Both the position numbers and the translations under genes were made by a program. Of a stretch of DNA of 64,000 bases, positions 15,955 to 30,400 are shown in pieces. Within the stretch, counting starts at the first letter, position 1. Every line of letters starts with the position of its first letter. The notes under the pieces were generated by a model. The model was not told the DNA's origin, searched no databases, and worked only from the letters and a program-made list of their open reading frames with translations. Source of the DNA: Chrysomallon squamiferum (lineage: Eukaryota > Animalia > Mollusca); NCBI GenBank assembly GCA_012295275.1, contig CM022671.1, forward strand, positions 21,700,001 to 21,764,000, in the 5' to 3' direction.

Positions 15955-17888
15955 TATGATTTGTTGTTGTTGTTGTTGTTGTCATTGATTGATGTTTTTT
16001 AACAAATTAAATTTGTTTGTTTCTCAGACTTGGAATGCACACCAAGCAGTATGTGATAAATCCGAAAGATCGCAGTGTCATTGAGCTGTATGGAATTCTC
16101 GATCCCACCACCCGAGACTGGACAGACGGGCTCTTGTCTAACATCTTCCGCGACATCAACAAGCCAACAGACAAAAACGAGAGGAAGTACATTGTCTTCG
16201 ATGGTGATGTTGATGCACTGTGGGTAGAAAACATGAACTCTGTGATGGATGACAATCGTTTGTTGACGTTGGCGAATGGTGAACGAATTCGATTGCTCAA
16301 ACATTGTGCCATGCTGTTTGAGGTTTGTTATTAGTTGTTAAAAAAAAAAATGTCAAAAATTATTTCACAAATTTTGGAGATACCACAGAGATAATATTTT
16401 GAAGTGTGCTTGATTAATTTATCAAAAAGTCAAAGTAGATAATTTTGTTATTTTATGATTTTCTCTAGACTGACAGTTTACTCAAGAATAAAATTTAACC
16501 AGTAATTATTGAAGCATATTAGTTAAGAAAATGATGACAGTTATATGGTCTGATATATAAATGATTAAAATTACTATTTAATCATTTTTCATCTGTACAT
16601 AGTTTAAAAACTATTGAGTCATTTTTTCTTAAAATTTTAGTAAATATTTTTATTATTATATGCATTTCTCTGTACTGACACTTATTATTCAAGAATAAAA
16701 AAACATAATTAGAACAAATTTAACCAGTAGTTACTAAAAATGAACAAACAATAATGACAGAGTGTGATACATGAATATTTTGTGAATTAACGTACAACCG
16801 ATGTTACTCTTTAAAAAAGGTATTTCATTTGTACATAACAACGTATTTTTTGTCAGGTCTTTGATCTGCAATTTGCCTCTCCTGCCACCATCTCCAGGTG
16901 TGGTATGGTCTACGTGGATCCAAAGAATCTGGGTTTCCTGCCATATTGGCAGAAGTGGTTGAATACTCGACAGACAAAGTCAGAACGTGATGAACTGAAC
17001 AGATTCTATGAGAAGTACGTTCCTCTCTTGATAGACTATGTTGTGGAGGGCATGTATGAAGGCAGGCAGCAGGAAAAGCTGAAGACCATTGTACCCCTTA
17101 CAAATCTCAATATGGTATGTTGCATTGGCTAAGCAGTTATTTTAAGGGTCGTTTAGTTTATAAATATGATATAATATTTTTTAATTTGTTAAAAAAGAAA
17201 TAACTACAAAATGCTGACATTTAAATGATATGTAAATCTGATTTTTTTCTCTTTTCTTTTTTTTTTTCATTAAAAAAGCCAAATAATAAGAAGAATAAAC
17301 TTGAACAAAAAAATCAATATCTGTATCTATATATCAATATCTATAAATTTATATCTATGTGTGTATATATATATATATATATATCATTTCATTGTTAATG
17401 TTGATAATATAGTTTAGATAGATTCTGGCAGTAGGCATTTCAGTATTATCTACTTGCACTGTTATTTTAGAACATAATACAGACTCATACAAGTTGTAAA
17501 AATCATTTTAAATTTTTTTTATTTTTTATTACAGCTACTTGTTGAACTAATAAAACTAAACAGAGAAAAAAACATCACTTTATTTCAAATAATAAATTTC
17601 ACATATTAATGTTTCATTTATCTTTATCAGTGTGGCTTTGCTCTTTTTTGTTTTAAGGTGACCCAGTTGTCAATGATGCTGAATGCTCTTGTAACCAAAG
17701 AGATCCAAGATCCCTATGAGCTGGAAGCCTACTTCTTGCAGGCGCTATACTGGTCTGTTGGAGGTGGTCTGTTGGAGGATGGTCGTACGAAGTTTGACAC
17801 TTACGCCAAATATCTGGCCTCCATGACAGTTATACAAGATGAATCCGTAAACGCTGGAGTAGGTAAGGATCAGACAGAGTTTTTTATA

Positions 17889-17923
<35 letters not shown>

Positions 17924-19159
17924 TGTATGTATGTATGTATGTATGTATGTATGTATGTATGTATGTATGTATGTATGTATGTATGTATGTGTATGTATAT
18001 ATGTAGGTATATGTGTATGTATGTATGTATGTATGTATGTATATACACACAAAGAAACATACATATATATATGTATATATATATACTTGTGTAATCTGAT
18101 ACAGTGAAAATGTTATCCATTTATAACATCTGTTAGTGCATATCTAAACTATACATTTATATAATACATAATTCATTATACATGTACACATAATACACAT
18201 ACATATAGACATACACATGTCAATGTATATTTACATATACCAATACTTTTACATTTGCATATACATATACACATATACATACATGTAAACATATACACAA
18301 GCATACACACACGTATATATAACACACATACATACACAAATACCTGTACATGTACATTTACATTTACATATTATATTAGAATGATCTACTTGATTTGGAA
18401 AGCTGATATTTTGTAATTGTCGATAATTAGTTTAAAACAAGTAGTGGACTTTTCAGGATTCTGTTAAAGAATGCTTTAAAAATAATCTGTAATGTATTAG
18501 ACATTGATAATTTATAAATTTTAAATAAATATTTAAATAAATAAATAAATAAGTGAGTGAGTGAGTGAGTGAGTGAGTGAGTGAGTGAGTGAGTGAGTGA
18601 GTGAGTGAGTACCATATAAATAACTGATGCACATTTAAATATTTGTCATTGCTCAGGTGAAATACCAGGATACTCAACACTGTTTGAGTTTTTCTGGGAC
18701 GGAGAAAAGAAAAAGTGGATTCCATGGTCGAAGCTGGTACCAAAATACGTCCATTCACCCGAGAAGAAATTCAACGAGATCCTTGTCCCCACAGTGGACA
18801 CAGTCAGATCAACGTGGCTGCTGGAGCTGATGGTGGAAATCAAAAGACCTGTTGTGCTTGTTGGTGAAACTGGAACATCAAAGACTGCAACAACGCAGAA
18901 CTTCTTGCGTACACTTGATCAGGAAAAACATGTAAGTCACTTTTTTCTAATTATTATCAAATTACTGTTGTTGTTGTTATTATGGTTATTATTATTATTA
19001 TTATATCTGACAACAAGTGGATAGTTTTGTTGGGGTGTTTTGTGTGTGGATGTCTAAAGTTAAAAGCTTATTGTTGAAATTATTTTTGAGAAGTACTATT
19101 TATCTATCCATCTATCTATCTAAAATCTATCTAAAATCTATCTAAAATCTATCTATCAA

Positions 19160-19206
<47 letters not shown>

Positions 19207-21873
19207 GTCTATCTATCTACATACCTGTCTCTTTCCATATATAGAGGTTTTATGAAGTAAACTAAAATATATTTTTAAAATGCAAAACAACAATTGTTAC
19301 TTCTTCTAGTTGCTGCTGAACATGAACTTCTCAAGTAGAACCACCTCTCTGGATGTTCAGAGGAACTTGGAGGCGAGTGTGGAGAAGAGAACAAAAGACA
19401 CATACGGTCCTCCCATGGGAAAACGTCTCATTATCTTTATTGATGACATGAACATGCCACAGGTTGAAAGCAAAATTCAATTTATCTTAGCCATTTATTC
19501 AGATCTTGATTCCATAATAACTTGTTGATAATTAACTTGTTCTGTACTGAGAGCCACAGTTGCAGTATTCATGGAAACCATGATTGTGATTCTCAGCAGC
19601 AAGAAAAACAAAACAAAAACAGGAACAACTGAGTGAATGTTTTTATTATTTTATTTTATTGCACATTGTCTTATCTATATGTATAATATGCAAACAAATA
19701 TTTTATTCGTTTTACCATAACTACTTAACTATTTTTTTCCTTTCTTATAACTTTTAAAAGGTTAACTTTTCTGAAATTGTAATTTATGCACAGCATTATG
19801 TAGTGTTTTTGTAGATATATTACACTAAATTTATTACATAGCATTAATCTTATCGTAATATTTTTGTATCTATTCAGGTTGACACGTATGGAACACAGCA
19901 GCCAATAGCTCTGTTGAAACTGTTGTTAGAACGTGGTGGCATATATGACCGTGGCAAAGACTTGAACTGGAAGAACATGAGAGACATTGGCTACATCGCT
20001 GCCATGGGCAAAGCTGGCGGTGGCCGGAATGAAACGGATCCTCGTTTTATTTCTCTGTTCAGTGTGTTTAACATGACATTCCCCGACGAGGAGTCACTGT
20101 TTCACATCTACAACTCTATCCTCACTGGTCACTGCCAGCCTTTCAGCGCAGAAATTCAGGACATTGTGTCCAGTATCACTAAGATGACCATGTCCTTGTA
20201 CACGTTAGTAAAACCTTGTTTTCTCCTTTTCTCTTATTTATTACTTTATTTTATATAAAATAATTATTACCATTACCATTATGATTCTGAAGAGATGACA
20301 GTGACAAGTATTGTTATTACTATTATTTTTGAATTTATGATTTTTATCTATTAGACTAAAAGACAAAACATCTACATTTGTTATTTTTATTCCAAATGGC
20401 TTAATTATTCAATTTGGATGGCAGCTTAAATCTGCAGTTTAAGAATTCGTTAAACATTTATTAATTTTTACTTAATATGATTCAGGTCGATTGTGAAAGA
20501 GCTGCCTCCTACACCATCCAAGTTCCACTACATCTTCAACTTGCGAGACTTGTCCAGGATTTACAATGGACTGTGTTTGTCAACTCCAGACAGGTTCTCC
20601 AAAACAAACCAATTTCTGCGACTCTGGAGAAACGAATGTATGAGAGTCATCAGTGACAGGCTTATCAATGAAGTGGACAAGGAACTTGTTACTGTGAGTA
20701 TAGATTAGTGTTACCCACCAATTGTAATGTAAAATATTAAGAATTAATGTTTATGAACCCAGTAATTTTGATGGCCAAGAAGTCCTTCCTTGCAAAATAA
20801 GTATATTTGTAAATAAAATTTGTCTTGTTTTATGAAAAATGGTAATGAATATGAACTATAGGTCTAATATACTTGGTTGGATTTTATGCCAAAGAGAGCA
20901 TCAAAATCTTTGACAGGGTAGGGGACCACTGGTATAGATATTGTAAATGATTTGTAGAAATAAATAAGCTTTTAATAATAGAAATTAAAAGAAATTCCAT
21001 GTTAATCGTATTATAAATTAATTCTTGTAGTTGTGTGTGACCTTTAGCATTATCATCATCATCATCATCATTATTATTATTATTATTTATATTTAATTAT
21101 TTACATCCAAAAATATCTATGTAAATAAATATAATTGTTTAATTTCTTTTGCTGCTGAATTGTTCAGAGATATATAAAAAAGCTGGCTTTGGTAAATTAT
21201 AATTTTTTATAATAATTAAGCACCACCAATATCTCAAATGTATCACTTACTTGTAAAATGCATCATGAATGAAATTTAAAAAATAACAAAAAAAAACACC
21301 CAAAAAACAAAACAAAACAAAAGCAGATTCATCATTACACATAGCATGTTTAAAATATCTTCACTAAAGATGTTAAAAGAGTACGTTTGAAGATGATCAC
21401 TGTTTAAGAATTTCACAATTGTTGTTGACAAAATTTTATTAAGTCACATATATTCACATATTTCACCTTCTTCGGTAAACTGAAAGTAATATGTGTATAT
21501 GTTTTTTGTTGTCACTTTTTATTATTATAAAATGATAGGTCTGAATTTTTTTTATTTAATTTGTTTTAAATAATTAGTTAATTGTTATATTCTGCTATAA
21601 TTTAGTGAAAGAAAAAGAAAAAAGAGATGTTAATTTTTTTTAAATTTATTTATTTTTATTTTTTGTTCATTTATTTATTGGAAATTTCTTTTTCTGGTTT
21701 TGGTAAATATTTATTAGTACCAAATATAACAGAGATAACGTTTTTACATTCTGCCATCTTCATCTGTGTTTATTTTCATTAATATAAATATCTTATAAAT
21801 GAATAAACATTATTTTTAATTATACATTCATTGCGTACACTTCTATAATGTACGAAGTTAGATGAATTTTAAA

Positions 21874-21908
<35 letters not shown>

Positions 21909-24368
21909 GAATGTGTTTTTGTATATATTTGTGTGAGTCTGTCTACACATACACACACACACACACACATGTACAGAATATCTTTGTAATACTATATGAA
22001 ATAGTGTAGAGGTTTGTATGAAATTACATGCTCTTACCATTGCATTTTGATTGTTACTCTGTAGAAACTTCTGACTGAGATACTGTCTGAAGAGTTTGAG
22101 ACTCACAGTGAGTATGTGATGAAGAATCCAATTCTCTATGGTGATTATCGAACAGCCCTGGATGAAGCAGAACCAAGACTGTATGAAGACATTCAAGATT
22201 ACGATGCAAGCAAAGCACTTTTCCAGGAGGCAAGTTCCATGAATTTATATTGTTTTGATTTTGTGGCTTTAACAGTTCATGGGCTAATATAATGATATAA
22301 TGGGTTATGGTGATTATTTTTTTGGTTGAGGTCACAATTTCTTGGTGTGAAATGACAAATTCCTGAATTGAAGTAATGATTTAATGGGTTCATGTGATGG
22401 TTTCATGGATTGAGATGATCAGCTTCATGGGTTAATAAGGTATCATTTCATGAGGTGACAATTTAAAGGATTGAGTTACGATTTTTTCAACTGAGGGGAT
22501 AGTTTCAAGGGTTGAAGGAATCAGTTACATAAGTTGAAATGAGGTTTTCATGGACTGAGATTCCAATTTCATGGGTTTGAAGTGATAATTTCTTGACTTA
22601 AAAGTGGCAGTTTTATCGGTAGGAATGATGATTATAAAAATAAAATATTTCAAACTTTATTCAACAGATTCTTGAAGAATACAATGAGAGTCACACACCC
22701 ATGAATCTTGTGTTGTTCGATGACGCTCTCGACCATTTGACCAGAGTCCATCGTGTGCTGAGGATGGACGGTGGCCATGCCTTGCTGGTTGGTGTTGGTG
22801 GTTCAGGCAAGCAGAGCCTGTGTCACTTGGCTTCTTTCACTGCAGGCTGTGAGGTGTTTGAAATCAAGCTGAGCCGAGGTTACAGTGAGAACTCCTTCCG
22901 TGAAGACTTAAAGACTTTGTATAACAAACTGGGAATGGAGAACAAGAAAACTGTTTTCCTTTTCACTGATCAGCATGTAGCGGAGGAAGGTCAGTTTAGC
23001 ATGTGTGAAATAAATAAAAATGATAATAAAAATAGATGATAAAGAATGGAGTTCGTAGATTTTATACTTTCGACTATTATTACAATAAGAAATAATGTTA
23101 CATTTCATTGTTATAATCATTAATGAAAGTACCAGAGGAAGGTCTGTTTCACATTGGTAAAAAAAAAACTAAAAAAGTATTATAAAAATAAATGATTAAG
23201 GATTATGTTGATATATAGCATATACTGGACTGAATTACTGGTTGCTCTGTTTTATAAAATATGTTTAACCTTTGTTTTTGGATTTTTAAGTACTACAGTA
23301 AAATTGTATATACCATTTTTGTTTTCTTATTCTGTTTCATAATTAACTGTAATGTGTTTCAGGTTTTCTTGAACTGATTAATAACATGCTGACATCTGGC
23401 ATTGTTCCTGCCCTGTATCCAGATGAAGAAAAAGAATCAATTATTGGACAGGTAAAATGAAATGCTTTTGGGTTAAATAATGTTTGATTTTGCTACAGTC
23501 TTCTAATTCAGTGTTCAGTTTGTGGAGACATTTATCCTTTTCTTTCAGTAGTTAAACTGCTGATACAAAATTTAATAAATATGGTTATTACACTGACAAA
23601 TTAATTTTCTCTTTCAATAGTTAATGGCTAAATATTATACAAAATGGATAAAAAGATATGTATGTGTATTTCATTTTGCAGTCTTGGGTAATCCTTTGAT
23701 TATTACTGAAATCAAAAATTGTTAAATTTTTACTTATTTAGCTTTCAAACAAACTCAAAACTTTAAACATCAGTAGTCAGATGAAACTAGTATTGTCTCT
23801 AAGTATTTCATGTTTATTGTGATTTTTGATTTTTGATTTATTTATTTTTTTAAAGCTGAGAAATGAAGCAAGTGCAGCAGGTTTTGGTCCAGCCAGAGAA
23901 AGTATTTGGCAGTACTTTGTCAACAAATCAGCCAACAATCTTCATGTTGTCATGGCAATGTCTCCTGTTGGTGACACACTGAGAACAAGATGCAGAAATT
24001 TCCCTGGTGAGATTTGGCTTCAGTTTGGAATATTTAAATGTGTTGCTTAGTAATAGAACGTATAATGTTTTGTAATTTTTTAAGAAGATAATCAGGATTG
24101 AAGTTGAGAATCATGTGACAAAATAGTTGTTTTGTAATCTGTTACAAGCTTCATATCCAGAAACAAAGAGTGCCATAATTGTGGCATAGATTGATCTCTA
24201 TAATGAAAGTAAAAAAAAAAAAAATAAAATAAAAAATAAATAAATAAAACATTTGTTGACAAAAATGAATTAGTTTTGCAAAAATTTCAATGAACTGTCT
24301 TTTGTGAGTGTTTTCAAACAACCTATTGTTTTCTTTTGTTTAAATTTTTAAAAATTATTTTATTTCAT

Positions 24369-24403
<35 letters not shown>

Positions 24404-27400
24404 GTTAGTTAGTTATTTATATTGGAACTACATGCTATTATAATCAGTTCTGAAAAATGTGTTTTTCTTTGGTGCTAAAAATGTGGCAGGTGAAAAATGC
24501 AGTAATGCTATTTGTTTTTTTAGGTATGGTCAACAATGCTAGTATTGATTGGTTCTTCCCTTGGCCAGAACAAGCTTTGTATGCAGTGGCCAGTGTGTTT
24601 ATTTCACCAGATGTAAGTTCTCAATTAGTAAATAATTTTTATGTTATAGAATATATAATAAAATTTTCATCAAAAGTTGTATCTTGCTGAATTATTTGAT
24701 TAGCAACAAAAGAAAGAAAGAAATTTATTTTAAACTGATAATTTAAATTACTGTTAAAAATTAAAATTTTAATTATTTTGAAAGTAATAAATATGTAATT
24801 TAAACTACAAATCCTAATTCATTGTGTCTGCAAACTTATACAGTTGTTTTAAGTTTTGTTTTGATATTTTACAGATGCTTTTAATCATAATTGTTATATT
24901 ATTATAATCTGTGTTAATGTATTTTTTCAGAATGTACTCATTCCTGCTCTGCATCGTGAGAACGTGGTCGGTCACATTGTGCTTGTCCATCAGAGTGTCG
25001 GCTTATACAGTCAGCTCTTCTTACAACGACTGCGACGTAACAACTACGTGACACCCAAAAACTACCTGGATTTCATCAACACCTACCTGAAACTGCTGAA
25101 AGACAAAGATCAGTTTATCCTTTCACAGGTAGGATTCAAAATACAAACTGACTGCAAATGTATTGTGAAAAAGACCAATATAATCTTTGTAATGTTTTAT
25201 GATGATGATCAGCAAGCAAGGAAAACCATTAAATGTTTATTTATTTCAGAACAGTTTTTAATATTCTTAAATTTCAAAATGAAAAAAAAAAAAATAACTA
25301 TATATTATTTCATCAAATAACTACTTCTCAATTTGTAGAGTTTTTATTTTTATTTTTCTACGTTATCAATTTGTTTGTCAGTTATCCTTCTTCTAGTATC
25401 TACTGATTTATGTCAACTTCTTGCTCTTTATAATTATATTTTGATTTATATATAGCTACCAGTATTTATTATAATATGAAAACTTATCTATCACTGGCCA
25501 TTTTGGTTCTGAATTATCTAACTGCTCTTTATGGTACGAAAATGTAGCTGGTATACTTGCTTTCAGTTGTACAGGTTTTTATTTTTATTTTTTTGTTTTC
25601 TCCAGTGTGAACGTTTAGCTGGTGGACTTCAGAAGATAGCTGATGCTAGCGAACAGCTGGCAGTTCTGAATGACAAACTGGCAATACAGAAAGTGGCTGT
25701 CACAGAGAAAACAGAGGCTTGTGAGATCTTGCTGGAGGAGATTTTGTCTGGCACTGAGCAAGCCACTCAGAAGAAAAAACTGGCAGAGATTAAAGGAAAA
25801 GAAATTGAAGAGCAAAATAAAATCATTGTTATTGAGAAGGTGAGAAAAAAAATACTAGCTGATATATTATTAATGTGTTTTAGTATAAACTGAAGAATGA
25901 AATAATTTGAAATTACAGTGTGAACTTGTTACTGTTACCTAAAAAAACACTAAAAATTAACGTGAAATTTACAAATATAAAATAATAAAATGCTTTTCAG
26001 TGATTTCTTCTTCTTTTTTATTATTATTATTATATTGCTATTTATTTCTCATGCACATAGTTTCACACAGATTTTTCATTTATTCTGCAAATTAAAGTGA
26101 TATTTGAATCGTAATAATGTAATATAAAGCTTTTTGTCTTGACAACATGCTCCATTCATATGGCCAAGTAAAAAATAATTATTTCTGTATATTTTGAGTT
26201 TTAAAAAAAGAGTATTATGACATATTTAATTTTTAATGTTTTGGGGGATGGGGGTATTTTTTATGTGGTTATTGTTATTATGTTTAATTTTGTTTGGTTC
26301 ATTTTTATAAAATTTGATTAATTTATTTAATTACTTGTTTATTTACTTATTAAGTAACTTATTCATTAACTTATTTATTTTTTTATTTTTCCTTATTTCA
26401 TTTCATTTCATTTCATATTATTTTCTTTTTCTTTTTATTATTATCTAAAAAATATTTTTAAAAAAGTTGCCTAACTTTATTCTTCACTATATTTTAATGG
26501 TTTTAATGCTTTTTGTTACATGTTGTGTGTTTCTTTGTTACTTTAAATAACAGAAAGAGGCTGAGGATGCTTTGGCTGAAGCTCTACCAGCTCTGGAAGC
26601 TGCCAGAATTGCCCTGGAGGACCTGGACAAGTCAGATGTCACTGAAATCAGGTTTGTTGAAAATGCTTTGCACTGGATAGCAGCAACTATCTGTAGTTTA
26701 CATAAGTAGTCCAGACGTGTATGTGATTTGAATAAGATTCAACACATAATACAGGCAATGGATGAGAGGTATTGTGTATTGATTTTGACTTAAAATACTT
26801 ACGTAAACATTGATAACTCCTGTGAGCTACATAAACAATACATGAATATAAAACTAATCATTACGTGCTAGTAATAAATATGAAAGAAGGTACATTTCTG
26901 GTTTAAAACACTAGTCTAACTAATATTTGCATAATTATTTTAAATCAGAGATCAAAAGTGAGTTAATGAAGGTTAATTGTTTTTGAAAAAAATAAAACAT
27001 GTCTAAAGAATTATTAATTTCTGAAACATTAGCATTAAATATATATGTGTGTGTGTGTGTGTTATTAATACATATACATACACACACATATACACATATA
27101 TGTATATAAAACATAATAAACAGGAATTTTCTTATACCTTCTGTGGTGTGGTGTTTTAATTATAATATAATTTCTGTTACAGATCATTCGCCAAGCCTCC
27201 CAAAGCTGTGCAGACGGTGTGTGAGTGTATTGTGGTACTGAGAGGAATTCGCGAGGTGTCGTGGAAGTCTGCCAAGGCTATGATGTCTGAGGCCAACTTC
27301 CTCAGATCCCTCACTGACATGGATGTCGACAACATTTCATCCAGACAAGTACAGGCAGTTAAAGGTAAATAATGAATTTTTAAAATACTTTTATTTGTTT

Positions 27401-30400
27401 TGTTTTTTTAAGGGGAAATGGCAGAAATATGTCCAAGATAATGGGAGAAAATGATCTATCTCTATAATGAAAAAAAATAATTAATACTTAATATTAAAAG
27501 TGAAATAGTTGGAAACATTGTTTGTTTCTTTCTATTTTCTGATAATGATGATACTTTTACATTGAGTTTGTTATAGTTTTAAGTAAGGTTTAAAGGTGCA
27601 TATACTTTAAAATTTGTTTTCTTTCACTGCTATTCTTTTATAATTTTAAAATCTTGAAATAATGATATGTTGGAATAAACCATATATAATCTAAAATTTC
27701 CCTGTTTGAAATACATTGAAATACTATCTTAGTTAGGTGGTTAGTGTAAACAACAAAGTGTTAAACTTTTTATTTATGTGTTAATAATAAGGTAAAATTT
27801 CTTGTTTTCCCATTCTACTCCAATATCTGAACACATGGATATTTTGTTGATATTTGATATTATTGGTAATTTGAACTCTTTCTTATTTAGGCCATTACTG
27901 AATAGTTTTCACATTGTGTGATATAAATAATCCTGCAGTTATATCTTTTTTCATTCAGGCCTTCTCAAAGACATTGATATGACACCAGAAGACATGAAAT
28001 CTGTGAGCAGAGCTGGAGGTGGTTTGCTCAAATTTGTGGTTGCTGTCATGGATTACTGTGCCGTGGCAAAGGAAATCAAGCCAAAACGAGAAAAGGTATT
28101 TTCATTACAGCCATTTACTAGGGTTGGAACTTGAGAGTTTGAGAATGTTTGTTCCTTAAAGTTGTATTAGCAACAAAATGAATAAAAATATGTAATTCAG
28201 ATCACATACAGACATGCATGTATATCAGTTGAAATAATAAAATAAGTAAAAAAGTATGATGATTTCTCTAAGTTGAGGCTAAGATCAGTTTATATTATAT
28301 TTAAAATTATATTAAACAAAACAAAATGCCAAAACAAATAATAATTAATTTTCCAAAATATCTTAATATTTAATACCTGTTCTTACTGTTGGTTTGACTC
28401 ATATGAACTGTATTATCTATAAACTGTAACATTTGGAATGATTAAACCAAAATTGTGATCATAATTTTCAGGTGGCAAAACTGGAGCGATCATACTACCA
28501 GGCAAAGAGAGACTTGGATAAGATTAACAATGAAATCAATTCACTTGAGAAGGAGCTCGGAGAGCTGAATCGCAAGTATGAAGAGGCCATGGCTGAGAAG
28601 AAAGCTCTGCAAGATGAGGCTGAGATTATGGAGAGGCGACTGATTGCTGCAGATAAACTGATCTCAGGTCTGGGTTCAGAAAACATCAGGTAATTTAAAT
28701 ATCTTGTGGTTAATATCTTTTAAACAATTTGTTTTGTTATTTAATAGATTTAAAAAAAAGAGATAATTCTGTTAATTTATATGGTTTTGTTAAATTTGTT
28801 AAAAAGAAAACAAAAATGACCAAATTTTCAAAATTTTCTTTTTTTCTTTCTTTCTTTCTATTATTATTATTATTATTTTTGAATAATTCAGATGGACAAA
28901 TGACTTAGAAGATCTGAAAGAAAAACGTATTCGTCTTCTTGGTGACTGTCTCGTAAGTTCAGCTTTCCTCAGTTATGTGGGAGCCTTCAGCTGGGAGTAC
29001 AGGAATGACCTGACCTACTCAGACTGGCTCAATGATCTGAGAGACAGAAAAGTACCACTCAGTGACCCGTTCAGAATTGAAGACCTTCTCACCAATGATG
29101 TTGAAATCAGTCGGTTAGTTAACGTATTGTATTTGAAATGTTTAAAAATTTAGTTTATGATTATTCTTTTTTGAATAATGATTTTTGGGTGTATTATTAA
29201 AAATAATGTTTTCTTTATAATTATGATTTTAATGTCAATATTAAAAATGATTTTACTTTTACATTTATGATTTTTATGTACGTTTTGAAAGATAACATGC
29301 ATGTCAGAGTAAAATGAGCTAGCAAGACATGGTATATTACAAAAATCTTAAACTAATAAAGTAAAGTTTGAACAGGTATTAAGAAATATTCTGTTTATAA
29401 TCTAGTACGAGTTTTCTCATTGCAGAAAGTGAGAAACATTCTGTTAATCCAGTACTTAATTTTTACCTTTCTGTAATGACAATTGTTGGGATACTGTATA
29501 CAATTTGGTGAAATAATTTTCATTTTTAAATTATTATTCTAGCTGGACATCAGAAGGTCTGCCCCCTGATGAGTTGTCCATTCAGAATGGAATTTTGACA
29601 ACCCGAGCAAGTCGATTCCCTCTGTGTATTGACCCACAACAACAGGCTTTGAAATGGATCAAACACAAGGAAGAACACAACAATCTGAAGGTATGTTTTC
29701 TTTAGTGTTTTACTTTTAAATAAATTATTTTAAGTTTCTCAAGATCTGTATTTGAAAGATTAAAATTAATGTTCAGATAAAGCATTTAGTACACATAATA
29801 ATTATTAACAGCTATAAAAACAGCTTTAAAAATCTATTATTTTTATTTTCATTTCATTTTATTTATTTATTGATTTTTTAATTTTATTTACTGGAAAAGA
29901 AATTTAAAAAGATGTTTTAAAAGTAATTTTATGTAGGTTGGATTATTTATCATTTTATAAACTAAGCAGATTCTTTTAACTGTTTAACCATCTGTATTAT
30001 TTCATAATATGTACAAGTACATAAACTACTTACTGCTGCTATTTCTCTTATTCATTTTCACCTATTTATTTTAAGTGTTGAATTATTCAAACAGTTTAGA
30101 TAACTCATTACTGTATTAATAAATATTTAGAATTTTGAAAAATCTCCTTAAATTCTTTAAATTAATATCTATGTCCTGCATGGACACCTGTCATAAAAAA
30201 CAACAACATTCCTCATTATTTCATTTTGATTATTGTTTTTAATTTCCAGGTGTGCACCTTCAATGACAGTGACTTCCTGAAGCAGTTGGAACTGGCTATC
30301 AAATATGGATTTCCATTCCTGTTTCAAGATGTTGATGAATACATTGATCCAGTCATTGACAATGTGTTGGAGAAAAATATCAAAGGTAAACTTTTTTTTT

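Noticed and set aside
17745-18120. Repetitive ORFs (MYVC..., HTYI...) and similar poly-I/Y/F/TH ORFs elsewhere
   Set aside because: They are translations of intronic microsatellites, not genes.
18820-18850. Non-canonical P-loop GETGTSKT as a possible inactivating change
   Set aside because: GxxGTSKT in AAA3 is recalled as normal for DNAH10 orthologues, so it was used as a diagnostic instead.
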